Shown piece by piece: positions 38,481-47,673 of a stretch of 64,000 bases of DNA. A model generated the notes under the pieces. That model searched no databases and was not told where the DNA came from. It saw only the letters and a program-made list of their open reading frames with translations. The translations under genes and the position numbers were made by a program. The DNA is taken from positions 288,001 to 352,000 of the forward strand of contig CBDFJG010000004.1 of assembly GCA_965248445.1 (NCBI GenBank), given 5' to 3'. Every line of letters begins with the position of its first letter. The first letter of the stretch is position 1. Origin of the DNA: Planctomycetota bacterium. GTDB taxonomy: Bacteria; Planctomycetota; JAJSAM01; JAJVHW01.

Positions 38481-39658
38481 CGTCGCTCGAGCGACTGGTT
38501 GAGTGCGCACGAAAGCCGGTGCTGCGCGCTGTCGGACTGATGTCCGGCACATCCGCGGACGGCGTGGACGCCGCGCTTGTCGAGATCTCCGGCAGGTTCC
38601 CGGACCTGCGCGTGACGACGATCGCCGCGCTGACCGAGCCCTTTCAGGGGCCGCGCGAACTGGGGGCTCGCTTCGCGGAGGCGGAGCACCTCGCCCTCCA
38701 CTCCCGCCACATCGGGATCGAGTTCGCCGCTGCAGCGCTCGCGGTCATTCGCGCCGCCGGGTTGACGCCGGGGGACGTGGACGTGATCGGGAGTCACGGA
38801 CAGACCGTGACGCACCTCCCGCGGCGCGGTGTGCTGCGGCAGGACGGGACGCGCGGCGCCGTGACCCTGCAAGTCGGTGATCCGGCAGTCATCCGCGAAC
38901 GCACCGGTATCGCCGTCGTGCACGACTTTCGCGCCGCGGACGTCGCCGCCGGTGGTGAAGGGGCGCCGCTCGTTCCGATCGTGGACTGGTTGCTCCTGCG
39001 CAGTGAGCGCGGTGCGCGGATCGCGCTCAACCTCGGCGGTATCGCCAACGCCACGCGCATCACGCCCCGGCTCTCCGACGTGATGGCACTGGACACCGGG
39101 CCGGCGAACGGACCTCTCGACGCGGCCGTGTACGAGATCTCGTCGGGCGGGCAGTATCAGGACGACGACGGCCAGCTCGCCGCCGCGGGCAAGGCAGATG
39201 AGGCGGTCGTCGCGGCGCTGCTTCGTCAGCGCGTTCTCGCCTCCCCGCCGCCGCGCAGCTTCGACCGGGCGACCTTCGGCATGGCCTTCGTTCGGACAGT
39301 CGTCAACGAGCATCCGGACCTACCGGCCGAAGACCTGCTCGCGACGCTCACCGAGTTCGTGGCGGCCGCGACGGTGGGTGCGTGCGTGCGCTATCTCGGA
39401 GCTGGCGAGGACGGTGACGTCAGCGAGGTCCTCGTCTCCGGTGGCGGCGTGCACAACCCGACGCTGATGGCCGCGCTGGCGCGACGCTTCGCGCCCGTCA
39501 CGGTGCGATCGACCGCGGAGGTGGGGATCGACCCGGATGCGAAGGAGGCGGTCGCGTTCGCGGTGCTGGCGTCGGAGACGATCCGCGGCCGGGCCGGCAA
39601 CCTCCCCGCGGTCACCGGTGCCGCCGGCCCGCGCGTGCTCGGTTCGATCATTCCGTAA
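38477..39658 (+). CDS. anmK: Anhydro-N-acetylmuramic acid kinase
   Basis: GLMSGTSADGVD, GSHGQT, GGEGAPLVP, NLGGIAN, DTGPAN, KEAVAFA. Confidence 0.95.
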   Translation: MTSLERLVECARKPVLRAVGLMSGTSADGVDAALVEISGRFPDLRVTTIAALTEPFQGPRELGARFAEAEHLALHSRHIGIEFAAAALAVIRAAGLTPGDVDVIGSHGQTVTHLPRRGVLRQDGTRGAVTLQVGDPAVIRERTGIAVVHDFRAADVAAGGEGAPLVPIVDWLLLRSERGARIALNLGGIANATRITPRLSDVMALDTGPANGPLDAAVYEISSGGQYQDDDGQLAAAGKADEAVVAALLRQRVLASPPPRSFDRATFGMAFVRTVVNEHPDLPAEDLLATLTEFVAAATVGACVRYLGAGEDGDVSEVLVSGGGVHNPTLMAALARRFAPVTVRSTAEVGIDPDAKEAVAFAVLASETIRGRAGNLPAVTGAAGPRVLGSIIP

Positions 39659-39681
39659 CGCCCCCTGGATACACTCGAAGC

Positions 39682-41259
39682 GTGAGCGGAGCCGATCCCC
39701 CGACCCGTCCCCGGCTCGGCCTCTCGGTGCTGGTTCCCGCGGTTCGTCTGCCGCGCGACTACCGGCGAGCCGAGGAGCTGCGCCGCCTCGCACGCGACGG
39801 CGTCGCGGGCTTCCTCGTCTTCGGCGGCGACCGCGAGCTCCTTCCTGCGTTCGTGTCGAGCTTGCGCCGTGCGGCTGGCCGGCCGCTGCTCATCATGACG
39901 GACGCGGAGCGCGGTCTCGGCCAGCAGGTGCGGGGGTGTCTCACGCTGCCCCCGTTGATGGCCGTGGGGGCGACCCTGTCCGAAGAGCGCGCGTACGAGC
40001 ACGGGCGACTCACCGCGCTCGAGGCCCGCGCGATGGGCATCAACATGGTGCTGGCGCCGGTCCTCGACGTCCTCTCGCTCGCGACGAACCCGATCATCGG
40101 GAACCGCTCGCTCGGTGCGAACCCCGGTGCTGTGGCATCCCTCGGTGCGGCGTGGATCGCCGGCGCGCAGGACCAGGGTGTTCTCGCTTGCGCAAAGCAC
40201 TTCCCGGGACATGGAGACACCGACGAGGACTCGCACGACGCGCTGCCCGTCGTCAGCGCGGACGCCGAGCTTCTTCACGCACGCGAACTGGTGCCGTTCC
40301 GCGCCGCGGTCCGCGCCGGCGTGGGCGCGATCATGACGGCGCACGTGGCGTACCCCGCGCTGGACCCCCGTCCCCGCATGCCCGCGTCGCTGTCCCGTCC
40401 GATCCTCGGCGATCTCCTGCGCGACGACCTCGGGTTCGGTGGTCTCGTGATTTCGGACGCGTTGGTCATGTCCGGGCTGCTGCTGGCCGGCGAGGAAGGC
40501 ACCCCACTCGAGGAACCCGAGGCGGCGGTGCGCTGCATCGAGGCGGGTTGCGACCTGCTGCTCCACCCCGTCGATTCACACGGAGTCGCAACGGCCCTCG
40601 AGGAGGCCAGCGAGTCTGGCCACGTGGACCTGCTCGCGGCGCGCAGCCGGGTCGCGCTGACCCTCGCCGACCTGGTCGTCGAGTCCCGCGGCGTCCACGG
40701 CGTCATGCCGGAGCATCTCTACGACGTGTACGGCCTGGCCCGCGACAGCCTCGCGGTTCTGCGCAACGCCGGCCGCCGTCTTCCCCTGGCCCGCCGCCCG
40801 GAGGAGACGTGGCTCGCCCTGATCGTCGACGACGACGACGATCCGGCGCGGGCGGCGCCGTTCACGGAACGCGCACCGGACTTCGCTGCGGGGGTCGTCC
40901 GACTCTCGGATTGGCGTACGGAGACGTTCGACGAGGACAGCTGGGGGGCGGAGCCGGCGCTGCTTCGTCGTGTCGATGCGGCGGATGGCATCGTCCTCGC
41001 TGTCGCCTGCCATCAGCGCGCGTGGAAAGGCCGCGCCGGGCTCAAGCCCGGCCTGTTGCGCCTCGTTGCGACGGTCCTCGCGCGGGCGGAGGGGCGCGTC
41101 GTGACCCTGCTCCTGTCGGCCCCGGGAGTGCTGGCCGACCTACCCGAGCCGCCACCGACTCTGGTGGCCTGCTGGGGCGACGCGCCGGTGTCCGTCCGGG
41201 CCGCGCTCGACCTGCTCCTCGGGGGGGGACCGATGCGCGGCCTGGATCCGTGTCCGTGA
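39682..41259 (+). CDS. nagZ: GH3 beta-N-acetylhexosaminidase
   Basis: APVLD, KHFPGHGDTDEDSH, IMTAHV, ISDAL. Confidence 0.88.
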   Translation: MSGADPPTRPRLGLSVLVPAVRLPRDYRRAEELRRLARDGVAGFLVFGGDRELLPAFVSSLRRAAGRPLLIMTDAERGLGQQVRGCLTLPPLMAVGATLSEERAYEHGRLTALEARAMGINMVLAPVLDVLSLATNPIIGNRSLGANPGAVASLGAAWIAGAQDQGVLACAKHFPGHGDTDEDSHDALPVVSADAELLHARELVPFRAAVRAGVGAIMTAHVAYPALDPRPRMPASLSRPILGDLLRDDLGFGGLVISDALVMSGLLLAGEEGTPLEEPEAAVRCIEAGCDLLLHPVDSHGVATALEEASESGHVDLLAARSRVALTLADLVVESRGVHGVMPEHLYDVYGLARDSLAVLRNAGRRLPLARRPEETWLALIVDDDDDPARAAPFTERAPDFAAGVVRLSDWRTETFDEDSWGAEPALLRRVDAADGIVLAVACHQRAWKGRAGLKPGLLRLVATVLARAEGRVVTLLLSAPGVLADLPEPPPTLVACWGDAPVSVRAALDLLLGGGPMRGLDPCP

Positions 41260-41636
41260 CGCCTGTGTCCGGCGCGCCTCTCGGGAGCCGCTGACGACGT
41301 GCCCGCGGCCCCGGCTGCGGGGGGCATCGAATCGCGCTAACCTGTTCGTCTGCATGAGTTTCCGTGCGCTCCGGTCGATCGGAGTTTTTTGATTGATCGG
41401 TCGATTCACCCACCTAGAATCCGCAGCGCACGGGACCGTCGATTCGGTTCGTGTTGGGCATTTGCGAGTGGGTTAGGAAGACTGTGGCGGTGTGACCGCC
41501 GGAGTCGCCCGGTCCGTCCGTCGAGGCAGAGTGTGCTTCGGGACGAACGGGGCGCTTCGGTGCGCGCATTGTTCCGTTGCACAGTGTGTTGCAGAGTTGT
41601 GCCGCTGCGGCCCCTGCCGGGTCGCCTAGGGAGGCT

Positions 41637-43733
41637 ATGAGGATGATCATCCGTTTCAAGAGTCGCGCGCTGGCTGCAGCCGTTCTGGCTGCGAGCGCTT
41701 GCTTCCTGGTCAGCGGTGTCGGCGCCGTCGAAGTGCACGCGCAGGACGCGAGCGCGCTCGTCGGCCGCCTCCAGCAAGGCGCCGATCTGTTGCAGCGTGG
41801 CCGGACGAGTGAGGCCAACGCGGTCTTCCGTTCGATCCTCGCCGACGATCCGAGCAGCGAAGACGCCTACAACCTTGTGCGCGACACCGATCACCAGGTG
41901 TTCCTCGAGATGTTGAAGGCCGGCGGCGAGTCGTCTCTCGCAGCCCGTCGTCTGCTCGATCTCTCGCACCGCGAAGGCAGCGCGCGCTCGCAGGATCAGG
42001 GCGCGATCAGCTCTCTCGTCTCAGGTGCGGTCCAGGGTCGCGACCACCTCTCGCGCATGGCGGCGGTGCGCAAGCTCGCCGGCAGCCACGGCGAGTACGC
42101 GGTCCCCTCACTGGTCGGCTACCTCGGCAGCAACAGCATCGATGCGCGGGCCAACGCGATCATCGCGTTGACGCACATCGGCAGTGACGCCGTGGTTCCC
42201 CTCGCCGCCTCCCTCGGCACCGGCAACGAGATGCAAGTGAAGAACACGCTCGGCGTGCTCAAGCGCATCGGCGACCACCGCTCGGCTCCGGCCGTGATGG
42301 CGCACAAGAACGACGGTGGTGCATCGGCGGCGTTCGTGGAGCTCGCGCACTCGTACTTCGACGGCGACCCCGACGTCCTGCGCAACTGGGACGGCACGTT
42401 CTCCGTCTGGACGCTCGACAACGGGCGCCTCGCGAGTCGCGACACCCCGCGCTTCCTCTACAACTACGAAATGGCGCAGCACGCGGCTTACGACGCACTC
42501 GCCGCCGATCCGGATTTCGCTCCGGCGCGCGCGACGATCTCGCTCGCTTCGTCCGCCAAGATTGCCGCATGGAACGGTATCGGCGCCGAGGCGCAGGCTG
42601 ACGAGTCGATGGCCGGCGCGGCCAAGTCGGTCGCCGCCGCGCACGCGCTCGCAGGCGCCGCCGGCACCAACGACATCCTCATGGCCTACGGCATGGCGAT
42701 GAAGCTCGGACACGCCGAGGCCGGACAGATGCTCGCGGACACGATCGTGACCCGCGGCTCCGGCGGCAAGCTGATGGGCGACAACCCGCTGGTGGCAGGT
42801 CTCACCCACGATGACAAGGCGTTCCGCTACACGTCCGCGATCGCGCTGCTCCGGCTCGATCCGGGCGCGAGGTTCCCGGGCAGCGACAAGGTCGCAGTGG
42901 TCGCCGGCGAAGCCGCCTCCGAGGTGGCCGTCCAGCAGGTCCTCGTGATCGACAGCGACAGTAAGAACGCGATGAACGCGCAGCGCGCACTCAACGACGC
43001 CGGCTACCACGCAGTGGCAGCCACGTCGGGTGCGAGCGGATTGATCCTCGCGAAGGCCACGGGTGCATTCGATGCCGTGCTGGTCAACTCGAGCCTCGAC
43101 GACATGACGACGTTCCAGGTCATCGACGATCTCGCCCGCGACTTCCGCACGCAGAACGCGAAGGTGGTCGTGATGGCGGACGGCGGACTCATGAACCGCG
43201 CCGACTACGACAAGCGCGGAGTCGCGGGGGTGTCGCCCTCGAGCACCGACAAGGTCGGACTCGTGAACTCGATCGGCGAGGCGCTCGGCGATGCATCGGA
43301 CGCGCAGGCGGCATCCGCCAACGCGCTCTCGATCGCCGCCAGCAACGCGATGGCCTGGTCGAGCGGCGCGGCGTTCGATCTCTCAGACGCAGAAACCGGT
43401 CTCGTCGCCGCCTTGCGCGACAACGCGCCGGACGACGTGCGTCTGGCCGCTCTCGGCGCTCTGGCGAACCTCGCGACTCCCAAGGCCTCCGGCGTGCTGA
43501 GCAGCGTGCTCTCGACGAGCGACAATGCTGCCGGCGTCCGCGCCGCAGCGGCCGCGGCGCTCGGGCACGCGATCTCCGGCGAAGAGCCGGACGGCGGCGC
43601 GTTCAACTCGCTGCTCAACGCGATGGCCGACGAGGACGGCGGCGTCGCTGCGGCGGCCGGCCGGGCACTCGGTACGGCGAAGCTGACATCCGAGCAGCGC
43701 GCGCGCGTCTACACGGCCAGCCGCGGCTGGTAG
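41637..43733 (+). CDS. Exported HEAT-repeat protein with a pseudo-receiver domain
   Basis: Signal peptide ending VHA-QD; VLVIDSD...DAVLVN receiver-like segment; HEAT repeats. Confidence 0.8.
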   Translation: MRMIIRFKSRALAAAVLAASACFLVSGVGAVEVHAQDASALVGRLQQGADLLQRGRTSEANAVFRSILADDPSSEDAYNLVRDTDHQVFLEMLKAGGESSLAARRLLDLSHREGSARSQDQGAISSLVSGAVQGRDHLSRMAAVRKLAGSHGEYAVPSLVGYLGSNSIDARANAIIALTHIGSDAVVPLAASLGTGNEMQVKNTLGVLKRIGDHRSAPAVMAHKNDGGASAAFVELAHSYFDGDPDVLRNWDGTFSVWTLDNGRLASRDTPRFLYNYEMAQHAAYDALAADPDFAPARATISLASSAKIAAWNGIGAEAQADESMAGAAKSVAAAHALAGAAGTNDILMAYGMAMKLGHAEAGQMLADTIVTRGSGGKLMGDNPLVAGLTHDDKAFRYTSAIALLRLDPGARFPGSDKVAVVAGEAASEVAVQQVLVIDSDSKNAMNAQRALNDAGYHAVAATSGASGLILAKATGAFDAVLVNSSLDDMTTFQVIDDLARDFRTQNAKVVVMADGGLMNRADYDKRGVAGVSPSSTDKVGLVNSIGEALGDASDAQAASANALSIAASNAMAWSSGAAFDLSDAETGLVAALRDNAPDDVRLAALGALANLATPKASGVLSSVLSTSDNAAGVRAAAAAALGHAISGEEPDGGAFNSLLNAMADEDGGVAAAAGRALGTAKLTSEQRARVYTASRGW

Positions 43734-43753
43734 CCGCTACATCTGACACAGAG

Positions 43754-43789
43754 GAACAGGCCCGTGCGGGTGACCGCACGGGCCTGTTC
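43754..43789 (+). terminator. Terminator-like hairpin
   Basis: GAACAGGCCCGTGCGG-GTGA-CCGCACGGGCCTGTTC (16-bp stem), 20 nt after the stop; weak U-tract. Confidence 0.7.
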
Positions 43790-43897
43790 GATTCGTGGCG
43801 TTGAGCGCGGTTCGCGACGAACGCACCTGTCGCGACCTTCGTCGCCGCGAGCGAGGACGGGCGCGAGATCGCACCGCGATCGGAGTGTCCGCCCGGA

Positions 43898-44004
43898 GCG
43901 AGCCTCCTTCGAAGCGGCCGGAGGGCCGCTGAGGAGGGCATGATTGATCCTGCGTCGTGGCACGAGGATCGCCTCGCGATCCGACGTGCCACGACGCAGG
44001 ATCA
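43898..44004. repeat. Structured dispersed repeat, partial copy 3
   Basis: GCGGCC-GGAG-GGCCGC hairpin, then GGCACGAGGATCGCCTCGCGATCC identical to copy 1, inside a long stem at 43945-44004. Confidence 0.7.
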
Positions 44005-44625
44005 CCCCTCCATCTCCTCCTCGTGCGCTGCGGAGTCGAGGTCAACGCCGTCGAGCACCGCCCCGTCGAGGATGGCGCCCTCCATGTTGGCGCCCTTCAC
44101 GTTCGCGCCGGACAGGTTCGCCTCGGAGAGATCCGAGCCGCGCAGGTCGGTGACCGCGAGATTCGCCCTCCGCATGTCGGCGCCGAACAGCAGCGCGCGC
44201 TCGAGTGTTGCGCCGAACAGGTCCGTCTCCGAGAGATCCGCACCGAGTAGATACGCGTCCTCGAAGTTCGCCTCCTGGCAGTTCGCACCGAACAGGAACG
44301 CGCCGTTCAGGTCGGCCTTCTGCAGGTTGGTCTTCACGAGCTGGCTGAGCGCGAGATCCGCACCGGATAGGTCCGTGCTCGACAGGTCCGCGCCGGTGAG
44401 ATTCACGCGGCGCAGCGGCGCGTCGGCGAGCTGGAATCCCTCGAACGAGCGGCCCTTGCGCGCGCGTTCCCCCAGCAGGATGATCAGGTCGTCGGGATAC
44501 GGCCGCTCCTCGTCGAGCTCCGAGTGGAAGACGCAGTAGCCGTCTTCCATGCGGGGACCGAGCGTGCAGCGCTCCCCTTTCTCGGGGCCGCGCGCCCAGG
44601 TGTGCCGGCAGATGAACGTCGCCAT
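44002..44625 (-). CDS. Pentapeptide-repeat protein
   Basis: A(D/N)Lxx repeats; N-terminal C..C..CxxH segment. Confidence 0.9.
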   Translation of the reverse strand: MATFICRHTWARGPEKGERCTLGPRMEDGYCVFHSELDEERPYPDDLIILLGERARKGRSFEGFQLADAPLRRVNLTGADLSSTDLSGADLALSQLVKTNLQKADLNGAFLFGANCQEANFEDAYLLGADLSETDLFGATLERALLFGADMRRANLAVTDLRGSDLSEANLSGANVKGANMEGAILDGAVLDGVDLDSAAHEEEMEG

Positions 44626-44643
44626 GTTCGCGTGCTCCGAATG

Positions 44644-45210
44644 TCAGAGGCCGAGGTGCTTCAGGAGATCTGCGAGTTCGCGGAAGGTGGGGCCGCCGTC
44701 CTTCTGCTGATACGTCGCGGGCGTGACGTGGATCCGGAAGTCGACGGTCGTCGTTCGCTGCGGCGCCAAACCGGTCTTCTGCCGGAGGACGCGGATCTTG
44801 TCGTTCATCTCGACCCAACCGGCGCGCAGCAAACGCTGCCGATCACGCAGTCCGAGCAGGTTCTCGGAGACCCGGATCAACTCCTCGCGATTGCGCTCGG
44901 CCTCGCCGAGCACGACGTCGGACTGGGGGCCCTGCAACCGGGCGAGGAGAACCTCCCGGATCAACCGTTCGCGTCCGCCGGACAGTTCGTCGACGACGCT
45001 CTCGTACCGCCGTCCGCGCTGCCGGAGCTTCTGCACCCGGCGCTCCAGCGAACCGGCCTGGTCGGGGTCGCCTGTGGCGGCAGCCGCCTTGCCCCGCTCG
45101 AGGAGGGCGCTGGACTCCTGATCGCACTCGGCGAGTCGCCGCTCCACGCGCTTCCGGACGGCGGCCACCCGCCGCCGCTCGCCATCCAGGTCGTCATCGA
45201 GCGTGCTCAT
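44644..45210 (-). CDS. Coiled-coil hypothetical protein
   Basis: Charged heptad-rich ORF; TACAAT 6 nt before ATG. Confidence 0.7.
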   Translation of the reverse strand: MSTLDDDLDGERRRVAAVRKRVERRLAECDQESSALLERGKAAAATGDPDQAGSLERRVQKLRQRGRRYESVVDELSGGRERLIREVLLARLQGPQSDVVLGEAERNREELIRVSENLLGLRDRQRLLRAGWVEMNDKIRVLRQKTGLAPQRTTTVDFRIHVTPATYQQKDGGPTFRELADLLKHLGL

Positions 45211-45424
45211 CCGAAGATTGTAGCCAGGCCTGCACGCCGTCGCTCGCGGAGCCCGGACTGTCCTTTGAGCCTGACGGTCCACCGGGGACGCCGAATTCGC
45301 CGCTCAAGCCTCGTGGGCAGAACGCTCGATGGGGCGAGGCGTGGGGCGGGATGAACCGTCTCACCCCCAGGGATGGTGGTCCGGCGCCCTTGCCCGGCCC
45401 CGAACGGTGGGGTAACGTCAGGAC

Positions 45425-45697
45425 GTGCTGAGCGGCAGGCCACCCCTTGCCCGCCGCCGGCCCAGGAGGCTGGTCGTGGGCAAGAAGAAGTGGTGTTTTG
45501 GTCGCGAAGACGTGATCTGCATGACCAAGGACTGCAAGTACATGTCCGACTGCGTGCAGGTCGTCTGGGAGCGCAAGATGTCGCGCCTCGTCGCCCGTGG
45601 ACGCGAGGAGGGCGGCGGCTCCCTGACCCGGCTCAAGAGCAAGCTCAAGAAGGAAGAGCGGTCCAACCGCAAGAAGCGCGCGAGCCCGACGCGGTAG
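45425..45697 (+). CDS. Small basic Cys4 hypothetical protein
   Basis: WCFGREDVICMTKDCKYMSDC; GC3-rich codons; start uncertain. Confidence 0.6.
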   Translation: MLSGRPPLARRRPRRLVVGKKKWCFGREDVICMTKDCKYMSDCVQVVWERKMSRLVARGREEGGGSLTRLKSKLKKEERSNRKKRASPTR

Positions 45698-45761
45698 CGC
45701 CCGTCTCCGTCAAGCTCGAAGGCGGTCCGTCAGCTCGAAGGGGTCCGTCCGAAGCGGACTG

Positions 45762-47381
45762 TCAGGGAGAGCTGACGTCCTCCTTCACCAGCCGCAACCC
45801 CACATGGTTGAAGCGCAGGCCCGCCTCGAGCGGGCGGCCTTCCCAGACCTTGCAGTTGTTGCGCGCTCGCTTGTGCACGTCGGCGAACGACCCGCCACGT
45901 AGTTCGTAGCCATGGGGTCCGTAGACCCACTCCGACACGTTCACGCCCATGCCGACCACACCGAAGTAGGACGTGTCTTCCTCGACGTGGTCGACGTCGC
46001 CCGACTGATTGGCATTGAGACCCGCCCGCAGGCGCGGGTCGCCCGTGCCCAAAGCAGGCACGCCGAGGAACGTGTCACCCCACGGGTAGACGCGGCGGTC
46101 GTGGCCGCGTGCGGCGTACTCCCACTGATCGGCCTTGGGAATCCGGATCCTGACACCCGCCCGCCCCAGGCGCGCGGTCAACCACTCCGCGAACTTGACG
46201 GCTGCGCCTGCACTCACGTTCACGACGGGGCGGTCGAGCTGATCTGCGGGCGGGCTCCACCGGCCCATCTTGTACTTCCAGGAGCCCCTCGCGCCGGGCA
46301 CGGCCTCGTCGAACAGACCCGCCTCCCGCAACGCCTCCTCCTGGTGCTCCAGGAAGTCGCGCCAGAGTTCGTTGCGGATCTCGTACGTGGAGATCCAGTA
46401 CCTCTCGTTCACGCGCACTTGGCGCCAGTCGTAGTACCGGCGGATGGCCGTGATGGGCAGCCCGGAGACCAGCGTGGCCTCGTCCTCGAGCGAACCCGGG
46501 ATGCCGGTGTCGGGCACGGTGTAGTCGGGGATGGGGGGGGCGCCGTTCTCGCGGATCCACCGCGACGGCGTGCAGATGTCCAACACGCCCTCGTCTCGGA
46601 GCGCTTCCCACTCGTGCTGTAGGAACTCGGACCAGACCCCGTTGGAGATCCCGAGGCGTTCGATTTGAGGAGCGGGGTCGTTCCACCACGTGTCCCACCA
46701 CCAGGCCCGGAAGCGGCGCACGGCGGTCAGTGACACGTCGGACACGAGTGACTCCCAGTCCGGTGTCCCCGTCCCGGGCAGTCGATTCGGTTCCGGGAGT
46801 CCGGCGTCGTCGAGGTGCCAGCCGGTGCGCTGGAGGGGGAACGCCTGCCCGTACCACGCGCGGGCCGCCTTCAACTCGGCCTCCTCATCGACGAGGAAGT
46901 CTCGCCACTGACGATTCGTGATGCTGAAGCGCCGGATATGGTGCGCGACCACGTCGTCGCCATCCGCCAGCGCCCCCACGAGTTGCTCGTCGTACACGGG
47001 GATGAAGGGCTCCCCGGCGTGGAACGTCCCGGTCGGGATGAGCGTCCACTCCGGCTCCCACGACCCCGTGATGTCGATGCGGCTGCGCTGGTCGGCCTCG
47101 GCGGGCGGTACGAAGCGTCCGATCAACTCGCGGTCGAACAGGATCGCGCCGATGACGACCACGAACGCGAGCATCCCGACCATTGCGAGAAGCGGTAAGT
47201 GGCGGCGGAGTGCCGAGTGCTCCGTCCGCTGGGCGCGCTTCTGATCGCTGACGGCGCGGATCTCCGTCGACAGCACCGCGCCGGCAGCCGGCAGCCCGCA
47301 CTCGGGGCAGAAGTGGTGGGCCGGACGCAGCGGACGACCGCAACGCGCGCAGGGGCTGGGGCCGTTGAACTCCGCCGACAC
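45762..47381 (-). CDS. FGE-sulfatase (SUMF1/EgtB/PvdO) domain protein with N-terminal zinc ribbon and TM
   Basis: CARC..FCPECG, TM, PVVNVS, QWEYAARG..YPWG, GMGVNVSEW, RGGSF, VGLRLV. Confidence 0.85.
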   Translation of the reverse strand: MSAEFNGPSPCARCGRPLRPAHHFCPECGLPAAGAVLSTEIRAVSDQKRAQRTEHSALRRHLPLLAMVGMLAFVVVIGAILFDRELIGRFVPPAEADQRSRIDITGSWEPEWTLIPTGTFHAGEPFIPVYDEQLVGALADGDDVVAHHIRRFSITNRQWRDFLVDEEAELKAARAWYGQAFPLQRTGWHLDDAGLPEPNRLPGTGTPDWESLVSDVSLTAVRRFRAWWWDTWWNDPAPQIERLGISNGVWSEFLQHEWEALRDEGVLDICTPSRWIRENGAPPIPDYTVPDTGIPGSLEDEATLVSGLPITAIRRYYDWRQVRVNERYWISTYEIRNELWRDFLEHQEEALREAGLFDEAVPGARGSWKYKMGRWSPPADQLDRPVVNVSAGAAVKFAEWLTARLGRAGVRIRIPKADQWEYAARGHDRRVYPWGDTFLGVPALGTGDPRLRAGLNANQSGDVDHVEEDTSYFGVVGMGVNVSEWVYGPHGYELRGGSFADVHKRARNNCKVWEGRPLEAGLRFNHVGLRLVKEDVSSP

Positions 47382-47482
47382 GCCCTCATTGTAGGGCCTG
47401 CGGGTCGCCGGACGGAGGGCTCGGCCGACCGGCGGGAATCGTCGCGTGACCGCTCCGCCGGGGCTATCTTCCGCCCCCGCAC

Positions 47483-47554
47483 GCCCGCGTAGCTCAGTGG
47501 TAGAGCACCGCTTTCGTAAAGCGGGGGTCGTCGGTTCGAATCCGACCGCGGGCT
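47483..47554 (+). tRNA. tRNA-Thr(CGT)
   Basis: GCCCGCG acceptor, TAGCTCAGTGGTAGAGC D-arm, CCGCT-TTCGTAA-AGCGG anticodon arm, GGTTCGAATCC T-arm; CCA not encoded. Confidence 0.95.
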
Positions 47555-47673
47555 CGCGCTCGAAACCCAGTATTCATAAGGGTTTAGGGCTGATGCTCGC
47601 GTTGGCGTATCCGGGTCGCTAGGGTCCCGGGTGCGCGTCGGGGGCGGTTGGGCGCGTCTAACGCGGCGAGGGC

